Both the position numbers and the translations under genes were made by a program. The notes beneath the pieces are model-generated. The model made no database searches and was not told the DNA's origin. It saw only the letters and a program-made list of their open reading frames with translations. From contig OZ024742.1 in assembly GCA_964016885.1 (NCBI GenBank), positions 225,308,001-225,372,000 on the forward strand: a DNA stretch of 64,000 nt, read 5' to 3'. Below, one piece after another: positions 41,770-55,111 of this stretch (the first letter of the stretch is position 1; each line of letters starts with the position of its first letter). The stretch comes from Eledone cirrhosa (taxonomy: Eukaryota).

Positions 41770-44320
41770 ATCTTAGAACTTAAATAGACGTTGTCATAGT
41801 TTTGTTGTTATTTAGCTCCAGGTCAGCTCTGATCAAGCAATCCTATGTTCAAACGCATTATAACCATGACCATCCTTCCTTTTTATAAATATAGTATAGT
41901 GGTCTCCAGTCTGACTTCATAAGAACCCAAGGGGTTCGCTAAATTTTTTGGGAGTTCGTGAAAAATAGGGCGGGGTCCCGACAAGGTTTATTGATAGGGG
42001 CTTAGTGGTTCGGGTATTCACCTCACGAACGTAAGGTCATGTGTTCGTTTTCCAGCGACATGTGTCCTTAAATAAGGTAATTATTTCACGTTGATCAAGT
42101 CCTTTCAGCAGGTAAAAATTTGAAACGGCTGGCCTTGTCTCACACAGTGCTGAATCTCCTTGAGAAGTATGTTGAGAGTATACGTATCTATGGAATGCTC
42201 AGCCACTTGCACATTCCTTCGCAACCACGTAGTGGTTTTGGGTTCAAATCCACTATGTGGCATCTTGGCTAAGGTTGTTCTACTATGGCCTCGGGCTGAC
42301 CAATATCTTCTGAGTGAAATTAGGTAGACGGAAACTGTGTGGAAGCCCGCTGTAAATATATGTAGGGTTATATTTGTTTGTTTATATCTGGTGACTTAGT
42401 GGTTCGACAAAACAAAATGAAATCGATAAAATAAGCATCAGACTTGAAAAGAATAAGTACTGCGATAGATATGATCGACTAAACCCCATTAAGTTGGTAC
42501 TTCATTGTGACTGCAGTTAAATGATTGAAACTGGTAAAATAATCATTTCTGATTTAAGCACAAGGACAGCAGTTTTAAAGGAAGGAAAAGTGATTTAAAT
42601 CGAACCCCAGTAATTGACCGCTACTCTATTTTATCGACACCGGAAAGATGAAAGGAAAAGTTGACTTGGGCGGGATTTGAAATCAGAAAGTAAAGAGCCA
42701 TAACAAAAGGCACAAAGCAATTTGCCCAAAGCTCTAACGCAGTGATTCTCAAACGGGGTGTACTTAAATACAAGGGAATAGATTTAAAATCCTGGAGGAA
42801 GAATTTTAGTCAAGGAAGAAACTGGGGAGGAATGTTCGTCAGGAGAAAAATCCTAACTGGAAACGCATATTGTACATTGTGTAAATATCAATTGAAATAT
42901 CGATATACCCAACTATAGTGTATATTGTATATATATATCAAATGAAACACCAATATATCCAACTATAGTGTATATTATGTATATATATCAAATGAAATAT
43001 CAATATACCCAACTATAGAGTATATTATGTATATATATCAAATGAAATACCAATATACCCAACTATAGTGTATATTATGTATATATCAAATGAAATACCA
43101 ATACAACTATAGTGTATATTATGTATATATCAAATGAAATACCAATATACCCAACTATAGTGTATATTATGTATATATCAAATGAAATACCAATATACCC
43201 AACTATAGTGTATATTATGTATATATATCAAATGAAATACCAATATACCCAACTATAGTGTATATTGTGTATATATCAAATGAAATACCAATATACCTAA
43301 CTATAGTGTATATTGTGTATATATCAAATGAAATACCAATATACCCAACTATAGTGTATATTATATATATATCAAATGAAATATCAATATACCCAACTAT
43401 AGTGTATATTATGTATATATATCAAATGAAATACCAATATACCCAACTATAGTGTATATTGTGTATATATCAAATGAAATACCAATATACCCAACTATAG
43501 TGTATATATATATATATCAAATGAAATACCAATATACCCAACTATAGTGTATATTGTGTATATATCAAATGAAATACCAATATATCCAACTATAGTGTAT
43601 ATTGTATATATATCAAATGAAATATCAATATACCCAACTATAGTGTATATTGTGTATATATCAAATGAAATACCAATATACCCAACTATAGTGTATATTG
43701 TATATATATCAAATGAAATACCAATATACCCAACTATAGTGTATATTATGTATATATCATATAAAATACCAATATACCCAACTATAGAGTATATTATGTA
43801 TATATCAAATGAAATACCAATATACCCAACTATAGTGTATATTATGTATATATATCAAATGAAATATCAATATACCCAACTATAGTGTATATTGTAAATA
43901 TATATAATGAATACCAATATACCCAATTATAGTGTATATTATGTATATATATCAAATGAAATACCAATATACCCAATTATAGTGTATATTATGTATATAT
44001 ATCAAATGAAATACCAATATACCCAAATATAGTGTATATTATGTATATATATCAAATGAAATATCAATATACCCAACTATAGTGTATATTGTGTGTATAT
44101 CAAATGAAATAGCAATATACCCAACTATAGTGTATATTGTGTGTATATCAAATGAAATACCAATATACCCAACTATAGTGTATATTGTGTATATATCAAA
44201 TGAAATACCAATATACCCAACTATAGTGTATATTGTATATATATCAAATGAAATACCAATTTAACTAACTATAGTGTATATTATGTATATATCAAATGAA
44301 ATACCAATTTAACTAACTAT

Positions 44321-44623
44321 AGTTGTGAGTTCAATTCTCAGACCGGGTGATGTGTTGTTTCCTTGAGCAAGACACTTTATTTCACATTGCTCCAGTTTAC
44401 TCAGCTGTAGAAATGAGATGATAGGGACTGGGGTCCCTATCATTCCACTGTAAAGTCGACGTGTAGGTGCCACGGAAAAAAAAGCATCCAGCATTCACTG
44501 TAAATGAGGTTGGTGTTAGGAAGGGCATGCAGCTGTAGAAATCAAGCCAGTTCCCGTCCCACCCTTGCAAGCAGGGAAAAAGTGGACGTAAAATGAAATG
44601 ATGATGATGATGATGATGATGAT
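44321..44623 (+). mobile_element. 5'-truncated SINE with RTE-derived 3' end and (GAT)n tail, inserted in the minisatellite
   Basis: B box and CCTTGAGCAAGACAC, then GTTAGGAAGGGCAT...GGACGTAAAA-(TGA)n, shared with the RTE 3' UTRs at 50595-50850. Confidence 0.85.
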
Positions 44624-46470
44624 AGTGTATATTGTATATATATATCAAATAAAATACCAATATACCCAACTATAGTGTATATTATGTATATATCAAATGA
44701 AATACCAATATACCCAACTATAGTGTATATTGTATATATATATCAAATGAAATACCAATATACCCAACTATAGTGTATATTAAGTATATATCAAATGAAA
44801 TACCAATTTAACTAACTATAGTGTATATTATGTATATATCAAATGAAATACCAATACAACTATAGTGTATATTATGTATATATATCAAATGAAATACCAA
44901 TATACCCAACTATAGTGTATATTGTATATATATATCAAATGAAATACCAATATACCCAACTATAGTGTATATTAAGTATATATCAAATGAAATACCAATT
45001 TAACTAACTATAGTGTATATTATGTATATATCAAATGAAATACCAATACAACTATAGTGTATATTATGTATATATATCAAATGAAATACCAATATACCCA
45101 ACTATAGTGTATATTGTATATATATATCAAATGAAATACCAATATACCCAACTATAGTGTATATTAAGTATATATCAAATGAAATACCAATTTAACTAAC
45201 TATAGTGTATATTATGTATATATCAAATGAAATACCAATACAACTATAGTGTATATTATGTATATATATCAAATGAAATACCAATATACCCAACTATAGT
45301 GTATATTATGTATATATATCAAATGAAATACCAATATACCCAACTATAGTGTATATTGTATATATATTACATGAAATACCAATATACCCAACTATAGTGT
45401 ATATTATGTATATATCAAATGAAATACCAATATACCCAACTATAGTGTATATTGTATATATATATCAAATGAAATGCTAATATACCCAACTATAGTGTAT
45501 ATTATGTATATATCAAATGAAATACCAATATACCCAACTATAGTGTATATTATGTATATATCAAATGAAATACCAATATACCCAACTATAGTGTATATTG
45601 TGTATATATCAAATGAAATACCAATATACCCAACTATAGTGTATATTATGTATATATCATATGAAATACCAATATACCCAACTATAGTGTATATTATGTA
45701 TATATATCAAATGAAATACCAATATACCCAACTATAGTGTATATTGTATATATATCAAATGAAATACTAATATACCCAACTATAGTGTATATTGTGTATA
45801 TATCAAATGAAACACCAATATACCCAACTATAGTGTATATTGTATATATATCAAATGAAATACCAATATACCCAACTATAGTGTATATTGTGTATATATC
45901 AAATGAAATACCAATATACCCAACTATAGTGTATATTATGTATATATATCAAATGAAATACCAATATACCCAACTATAGTGTATATTATGTATATATATC
46001 AAATGAAATACCAATATACCCAACTATAGTGTATATTGTGTATATCAAATGAAACACCAATATACCCAACTATAGTGTATATTGTGTATATATCAAATGA
46101 AATATCAATATACCCAACTATAGTGTATATTATGTATATATCAAATGAAATACCAATTTAACTAACTATAGTGTATATTATGTATATATCAAATGAAATA
46201 CCAATATACCCAACTATAGAGTATATTATGTATATATATCAAATGAAACACCAATATACCCAACTATAGTGTATATTGTATATATATCAAATGAAATACC
46301 AATATACCCAACTATAGTGTATATTATGTATATATCAAATGAAATACCAATATACCCAACTATAGAGTATATTATGTATATATATCAAATGAAACACCAA
46401 TATACCCAACTATAGTGTATATTGTATATATATCAAATGAAATATCAATATACCCAACTATAGAGTATAT

Positions 46471-46546
<76 letters not shown>

Positions 46547-46549
<3 letters not shown>

Positions 46550-46726
46550 GAGGGCAATCCCAAAAGTAAGGTCTCCTTCCGATATTGCAACTTTTCCGTT
46601 AAAATCCTGTGGATGGTGCTTCGGGAATCCCCAGGAATCAAAATGCAGAGAGCATCCAGAGTGATCCACCGATCTTTACGCATGTTTTCCTCGGAAGGAG
46701 ACCTTACTTTTGGGATTACCCTCGTA
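46547..46726. mobile_element. Mariner-derived MITE with ~36-bp TIRs in a TA site
   Basis: TACGAGGGCAATCCCAAAAGTAAGGTCTCCTTCCGA / TCGGAAGGAGACCTTACTTTTGGGATTACCCTCGTA. The interior encodes a transposase HTH piece (DRWITLDAL...STIHRILTEKL). Confidence 0.85.
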
Positions 46727-49260
46727 TGTATCAAATGAAGTACCAATATACCCAACTATAGTGTACATTGTATATATATATATATATATATGAAATGAAG
46801 TATCAATATGCCTCTATCGGCTTTACCAGTTGATTTGGTCAATGGAACAGCCTGGTTAAGCATTCCAAAGACACGTGTTCCTTTAAGGTACACGTGTAAG
46901 ATAATTTTAAGGTAATTTTCAAGGAGATACAGTTGGCCATTTGAATCACAGATGTAACTCACTTTTTACGACTGAATGGACTACAGAAGCGTGAAATAAA
47001 GAGTCTTGCTCAAGTACAAAACGTGCCGTTCGGGATTGAATACACGACCTTACGATCTTGAGCCGAACGCCCAAAACACTAAGCCTCGCGCCGTCACACC
47101 AAAGGGAATATACTCTGAGAGAATGTCGTGTTAATCGAAGCTACGGCTTTAATAGCTTTGCTTTACCAACAGATGATACCATAAACAACTGTGAGAAAGT
47201 CTGCCAAGCAGTAGGACATATCTTCCACACTCTCTCACTCTCAATTGACGTGTCCACTGTTATATATTATTATCAGGTCAGTTCTTAACACCTCCATACA
47301 CTCCGTTCATCACATTTTATATCTTCTCTCTACATCTACTGAATATTACATCATCCATTTGTTTGTTGGGGGTTCTTTTCGGACCTAATTATTTCCATTT
47401 CTCTCTCACACCAAGTCTTCGTTTCGTTTTATCATAGCTATATAAATAACGTAAAAAAAAAAAAAGTTTTATTAAATTAGTATATATAAATGTGTAATTA
47501 TTTTTCAAAGATATTTTCCGTATTTATGTAATTTTTTTTTTTTTTTTTTTTTTCCCCTACTGTATATAGCAGGTGTCGGCAAAAGGAGTTCGCATCCTAG
47601 TTTCGGTTGCCACACAACTTTCTGTCATTCTCTTGACAACACTTAATTTCCTTCTCTAAGACATAAACTTTCCTATTATTCAGTTTCTCTCTCTCCACAC
47701 TTTTTTTTATACTGAACTTCATTTATAAATAAGGGATGACAATGTCATTGACACTTAGGTTATTATATTTCGAATGAAAGACACTGCTTATGATTTTAAA
47801 ATGATCAAGTATTTGGTAGGATTTAGTAATATAACCAACTTTCTCATTATTAAATTAGTGTTTGTAGCATAACTTAACAAAGGTTCTTACATATAACTAT
47901 GATGGAAGATTTTTTTATAAATATAAACAACCTTGTATCATAGAACTAAGGGCAGTTTCAGGTGACTTGGTATCAAGGGGACTAATGTAACGTGGTTCGT
48001 AGTACTGAAATAATAATTTATGCACAAGGGCAGCAATTGGGTGAGGGGGTCGATTAAATCGACCCCCTGTATTTGACTCGTACTTTATTATATCGAACCG
48101 GAGATAGATGAAAGTTGATCTCGGCAGGATTTGAACTCAGACTGTTAAGATCCAGAACAAATGCCCCCGAAGCATTTTGTCCGACGCTTAAACGATTCTG
48201 TCAATAATAATAATAATCATAATAATAATAATATGCAGCAATACAGAACCGCCCTCCTCCCACATAAAAAATACTAGAATTCTGTAATGTTTATGCTCGT
48301 GATTGCGTGTATGCTTGTATGTGAAGATACAGTGATGGTATTTTGTAGTAAACAGAATCTAAAAAGTGGGTGGATTCGTTTCTTTGAATGACTTTGAGGG
48401 TCGAGTTAGCTGAAATTATAAAATATTGCTGGACAAACTGCACTGTCACCCTCACATAACATTCATTATCCGAGTTTAAACCACAGATGCCTTTTCCATT
48501 ACCTTTCAGCACCCCTAAAAACAAAATACGTATAAGTAATTACAGAGTTTGCTTTTTGAAATTCGAAGAAATATACGACAACTACATCCTGAAAAAGTTG
48601 TCTCGTGCCTAGTTTATATGAGCTTCAAAGTTATCCCATCTCAGTGAACTGCTAGAAATAACAGCCAAAATCTCCCACAAATAGCATCCTCCGACTATCT
48701 GACACATTAGATAATATAATTGTTTCTACTTTAGGCACAAGGCTAGCAATTAACCAGTACATTACTGGTACTTTATTTTATCGACCCCGTAAGGATGAAA
48801 GGCAGTTTGAACTCACTGTAAAGGGACGTAACTATGCTAGAAAGCAGTTGTAGATGAGGTGGTTACGACTGGAACGTCTTAAGGTCGATCGGGGTTGACC
48901 TAGGGATGAACAGTAACACAAAAGCTTTATATATATATATATAATTGTTTCTAATTTTGGCACAAGGCCAATAATATGTATGAAGCTACTATACCAGTGA
49001 CTCGAAGACAAGGAGTTACGTGCTTAAGTGTATTCTTCAATATATATATAGTAGCTTAACACTTGTATGTATTCATGTGTTTGTAATCAAAAAGGTGTAG
49101 TTGTTAAAAATACACACACACTATACAACACACACCAACTTAACTTGAGGTGACTCCACCTAATAGTAAACATTCCGTTATGTTAAATTTATACGAGAAG
49201 ACGTGATCAGGAGATAGGATGAGAAATAATTATTTTGTCAAAGATAAAGCCCTCTTTGTG

Positions 49261-49300
<40 letters not shown>

Positions 49301-49769
49301 GTCAGTAAAATTGTAATATAACCATACTCTACTACCCCAAGTATCGAATACTCTGTTGAGTAATGGTCTAACCAGTTTCAAACTGATTCTATCCATCCTG
49401 ATTTAAGTGTGCGTGCGTGTGTGTGTTTATGTTCCGTAACATAGGTATTCGGAGAACGATAAAATAAGTACCACACTTGAAAAAATATAAAATCCCTTCG
49501 GGTCGGTGCCCCACCATATTATCATAACTGAGCTCTGGCCGTTTCGACAGCTTATATATATATATATATATATATAATTACATAAACAACACAATATAAT
49601 TATTCCATTACCAAAGGTTTCAAGAAACTAGACGATCGGGTTGGACGTTTCTGTAAGGATCGTCTACTTTCTTCGAAACCTTTGGTAATGGAATTGTTGT
49701 TTATTATGTAAATAAATAACTCTGAAAGAAGAGCACTCTTCTTTCCTTTACCTTTTCTACGGAAATACT

Positions 49770-49802
<33 letters not shown>

Positions 49803-49950
49803 ATGGCTGTCCCCTCGTTATCGAGTATGGCCATTGCACGAGAAAAAAAATATATATATATATATATATACATATATATACATCTATATTAATAACAATA
49901 ATAATAATAACAACAACAATAATAATAACGACAACAACAATAATAATAAT

Positions 49951-50552
49951 ACGTTGGTGTGGTTACGTGATGCACATGAAAGACGACAGCTGTATAAAAA
50001 AGTGCAGGGCAATAAAAATAGACGGTAGCCACGGAGTAGGCAGACCCAGAAAAACCTGGGACGACTTGATAAATTCCGACCTCACACACTTACACCTCTC
50101 CAAGACAATGTCACTGGACCGAGATCTTTGGCGGTACACAGTAATACAGAAGACCCGCCTTGTCTAAGTACGAAGTGAAACCTACTACAGTCAGTAGGCA
50201 CCTCTAATAAAATACACCCCCCGTCCCACTACCCCCACCCCATTCACACCACCCCTTTCAATGTAAAGTTATGTTGGTACCACAATAACCAGTCCTAAAT
50301 AAATGAGGTTGTGTAGGTGTCACGACAAAAAAAACACACAGTCCACGCTGTAATGTGGCCGTGTAGGTAACACGGTAAAAACCTCCCAGTTCCACACTGT
50401 AAATGTGGTTTGTGTTAGGAAGGGCATCCAGCCGTAGAAAACCCGCCAGACAGTCCTATGCGAGCAAGACAACCACTCTTCCCTCAAGTGGGAAAACTCC
50501 CGTCCAAACCCATGCAAGTGTGGAATATGGACGTTAAACGATGATGATGATG
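49951..50552 (+). mobile_element. RTE LINE 3' fragment with 3' UTR and (GAT)n tail
   Basis: DDSCIKKCRAIKIDGSHGVGRPRKTWD; highly similar to the reverse complement of 58500-59105. Confidence 0.9.
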
Positions 50553-50564
50553 TATATATATATG

Positions 50565-50594
<30 letters not shown>

Positions 50595-50595
<1 letters not shown>

Positions 50596-52415
50596 CATCA
50601 TGATCATCATCACTGTTTTACGTCCGTTCTTCCACACTAGCATGGGTTAGATGGGTTGTCCTGTTGTGGGCAGTGTCTGGTTGGCTGACCATGCCTTGCT
50701 CATACAGGAACTGATTTGGCTTGATTTCTACAGCTGGATGCCCTTCCTAACACCAACCTCATTTACAGTGAGTGCTGGGTGCTTTTTCGTGGCGCCTACA
50801 CATCCACTTTACAGTGTGAGATTGGGTGCTTTTTTGCCGTGGCACCTCCACGACCACCTTGCGGTGGGGGGGTGGGGGCATATTGTCTATATGCTTCGGC
50901 TTGTACCCATGGGCGGTCGGATACTCTGTATTACTGCGTGACGCCAGAGGTCACGGTCGTGTGTCATTGCCTTTGAGAGGTGCAATTGGGTAAGGTCGGC
51001 TTTTATCACCTCATCCCAGGTCATCTTGGGTCTCCCCACTCCGCGGTTTCCATCAACTTCTAGTGCTCTGCACCTTTTTATGCAGCTGTCATCCTTCATA
51101 CGCATCACATGTCCATACCAGCGCAACCACCTCTCCTGCACACAGCATTTGATTCCTCTTATGCTCAGTCTCTCTCTCAATTCATTTATGCTTTGTCGTT
51201 CACGTATATTACTGTTACACATCCATCGGAGCATGCAGGCTTCTTTTCTCTCTAATCTACGTAAGTTTTCCACCTTCAGTGCCCAGGTCTCACTACCATG
51301 CAACATTGCTGTTTGGATACATGCATCATACAGTCTGCCTTTCATTCTGAGGGAGAAGCCTTTTGCAGCTAGCAGTGGTAGTAGTTCCCTAAACTTCTTC
51401 CATCCCGTTCTTACCCTAGTTATTGTACTTTCTGAACACCCACCTCCGCTGCTAATTCGGTCACCTAGGTAGCAGAAGCTGTCTACTGTTTCTGCAGGGC
51501 CCTCCCAGAGATTGGTGGTACTTGTTTCCTGTGGCTGTTTGCTGCTTGCTGTCTCAGCACAGCTGCTGCATGTGAATCCTACATTCTTAATTAAGCTTCC
51601 TGAGATCCCGCTACATCTCTTGTGTACCCATTGTTTGCATTTGGGGCAGAGAATGGAGTTCCTACCTACACCTTTGCTACATACTGAGCAAGGCCATTTC
51701 CCTGAGGGGATCTGGGTTCTGTTTTCTCGTCTACTTACAAGGACCTTAGCATTTGTCATGTTGACTTTGAGACCCTTTCTTTCTAGTCCCTGCTTCCAAG
51801 TTTGGAATTTATTCTCTAGTTCTACCATAGATTCAGCTATGAGTGCGAGGTCATCAGCATACAGGAGTTCCCATGGGCATCCGGTCTTAAACTCCTCCGT
51901 TATTGCCTGCAGGACTATGATGAACAGGAGAGGGCTAAGAACAGAGCCCTAGTGGACCCCAACCTGTACGCTAAATTCCTCGCTATACTCATTGCTAATC
52001 CTAACTTTGCTGACTGCTCCCCTATACATGGCTTGTACCGCTTTCACAAGCCATTCATCTACTCCTAGTTTTCTAAGAGCCCACCAGATTACAGCACGTA
52101 GAACTCTGTCAAAGGCTTTCTCAAGGTCGACAAATGCCAAGTAGAGTAGCTTACTTTTAGGTAGGTACTTTTCCTGTAATTGCCTCACAAGGAAGAGGGC
52201 ATCAGTGGTGCCTCTTCCTGGTACAAACCCAAATTGCATCTCGTCTATTTTCACCCGGTCCCTAATCAGCTGTGCTATAACTCTTTCTGTTACTTTCATG
52301 ACCTGGTCCATCAACTTTATACCGCTATAGTTTCCTCTATCGAGTGCATCGCCTTTGCCTTTGTAGCAGTTGACAATGATGCTACTGCACCAATCTTTTG
52401 GTATGGCACCTTCTA
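50595..52415 (-). mobile_element. RTE LINE, 5'-truncated, one premature stop (TAG at 51949-51951 in VH*GS)
   Basis: QFGF, FVDLEKAFD, LLYADD, PHD-like insert, RLRWYGH-type C-terminus; (ATC)n tail at 50595. Confidence 0.93.
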
Positions 52416-52419
52416 GTAT

Positions 52420-52445
52420 TATATATATATATATATGTGTATATA

Positions 52446-52514
<69 letters not shown>

Positions 52515-52897
52515 ATATTTATGTATATATATATATATATGTGTATATATTTATGTATATATATATATATATATGTGTATATATTTATGTATATATATAT
52601 ATATATATGTGTATATATTTATGTATATATATATATATATATGTGTATATATTTATGTATATATATATATATATGTGTATATATTTATGTATATATATAT
52701 ATATATGTGTATATATTTATGTATATATATATATATATGTGTATATATTTATGTATATATATATATATATATGTGTATATATTTATGTATATATATATAT
52801 ATATGTGTATATATTTATGTATATATATATATATATGTGTATATATTTATGTATATATATATATATATGTGTATATATATATGTGTATATATATATG

Positions 52898-52930
<33 letters not shown>

Positions 52931-52939
52931 GTGTGTATA

Positions 52940-52988
<49 letters not shown>

Positions 52989-53023
52989 GTGTGTATATAT
53001 ATGTGTATATATATGTGTATATA

Positions 53024-53057
<34 letters not shown>

Positions 53058-53243
53058 TATATATATATGTGTATATATATGTGTATATATATATATGTGT
53101 ATATATATATATGTGTATATATATATGTATATATATATATATATGTGTATATATATATATATATATGTGTATATATATATGTGTATATATATGTATATAT
53201 ATATATGTATATATATATATGTATATATGTATATGTATATATG

Positions 53244-53274
<31 letters not shown>

Positions 53275-53317
53275 GTATATATATATATGTATATATATAT
53301 ATGTATATGTATATATG

Positions 53318-53352
<35 letters not shown>

Positions 53353-53751
53353 GTATATATGTATATATATATATGTATATATATATATGTGTATATATAT
53401 ATATGTATATATATATATGTATATATATATATGTATATATATATGTGTATATATATATGTATATATATATGTGTATATATATATGTGTATATATATATGT
53501 GTATATATATGTGTATATATATATGTGTATATATATATGTGTATATATATATGTGTATATATATGTGTATATATATGTGTATATATATATGTGTATATAT
53601 ATATGTGTATATATATATGTGTATATATATATGTGTATATATATATGTGTATATATATATGTGTATATACATATGTGTATATATATATATGTGTATATAC
53701 ATATGTGTATATATATATATGTGTATATATATATGTGTATATATATATGTG

Positions 53752-53798
<47 letters not shown>

Positions 53799-54013
53799 GT
53801 GTATATATATATATCTGTATATATATATATGTGTATATATATATATGTGTATATATATATGTGTATATATATATGTGTATATATATATGTGTATATATAT
53901 ATGTGTATATATATATATGTGTATATATATATGTGTATATATATGTGTATATATATATGTGTATATATATGTGTATATATATATGTATATATATATGTGT
54001 ATATATATATATA

Positions 54014-54044
<31 letters not shown>

Positions 54045-54239
54045 GTGTATATATATATATATATATGTGTATATATATATATATATATGTGTATATATAT
54101 ATGTGTATATATATATGTGTGTATATATATATGTGTATATATATATGTGTGTATATATATATGTGTATATATATATGTGTATATATATATGTGTATATAT
54201 ATATATGTATATATATATATATGTGTATATATATATGTG

Positions 54240-54270
<31 letters not shown>

Positions 54271-55110
54271 GTGTATATATATATGTGTATATATATGTAT
54301 ATATATATATGTATGTGTGTATATATATATGTGTGTATATATATATGTGTGTATATATATATATATGTGTATATATATATGTGTGTATATATATGTGTGT
54401 ATATATATATGTGTGTATATATATATGTGTGTATATATATATGTGTGTATATATATATGTGTATATATATATGTGTGTATATATATATGTGTGTATATAT
54501 ATATGTGTGTATATATATATATGTGTATATATATATGTGTGTATATATATATATATGTGTGTATATATATATAACTATGTGTGTATATATATATATATGT
54601 GTGTATATATATATATATGTGTGTATATATATATATATGTGTGTATATATATATATGTGTATATATATATGTGTATATATATATGTGTATATATATATGT
54701 GTGTATATATATATATATGTGTATATATATATGTGTGTATATATATGTGTGTATATATATGTGTGTATATATATATATATGTGTATATATATATGTGTAT
54801 ATATATATGTGTGTATATATATGTGTATATATATATGTGTGTATATATATATATATGTGTATATATATGTGTGTATATATATATATGTGTATATATATAT
54901 ATGTGTATATATATATGTGTATATATATATATGTGTATATATATATGTGTATATATATATGTGTGTGTATATATATATGTGTATATATATGTGTATATAT
55001 ATGTATATATATATATGTGTATATATATATATGTGTATATATATATATGTGTATATATATATATGTGTATATATATGTGTATATATATATGTATATATAT
55101 ATGTATATAT
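52420..55110. repeat. 2.7-kb compound (TA)n(TG)m microsatellite
   Basis: Directly visible; source of the 700-900-aa artefact ORFs. Confidence 0.98.
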
Positions 55111-55111
55111 A

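Larger units (their letters stand above)
42865..46805. repeat. Minisatellite, 48-50-bp unit (ATCAAATGAAATACCAATATACCCAACTATAGTGTATATTATGTATAT), roughly 70 copies
   Basis: Directly visible; gives the 16-aa periodic pseudo-ORFs. Confidence 0.97.

Noticed and set aside
42865-46805. Regular repeats resembling a CRISPR array or a repeat protein
   Set aside because: Head-to-tail units with no unique spacers, frequent frame-breaking indels, no cas genes, eukaryotic context.
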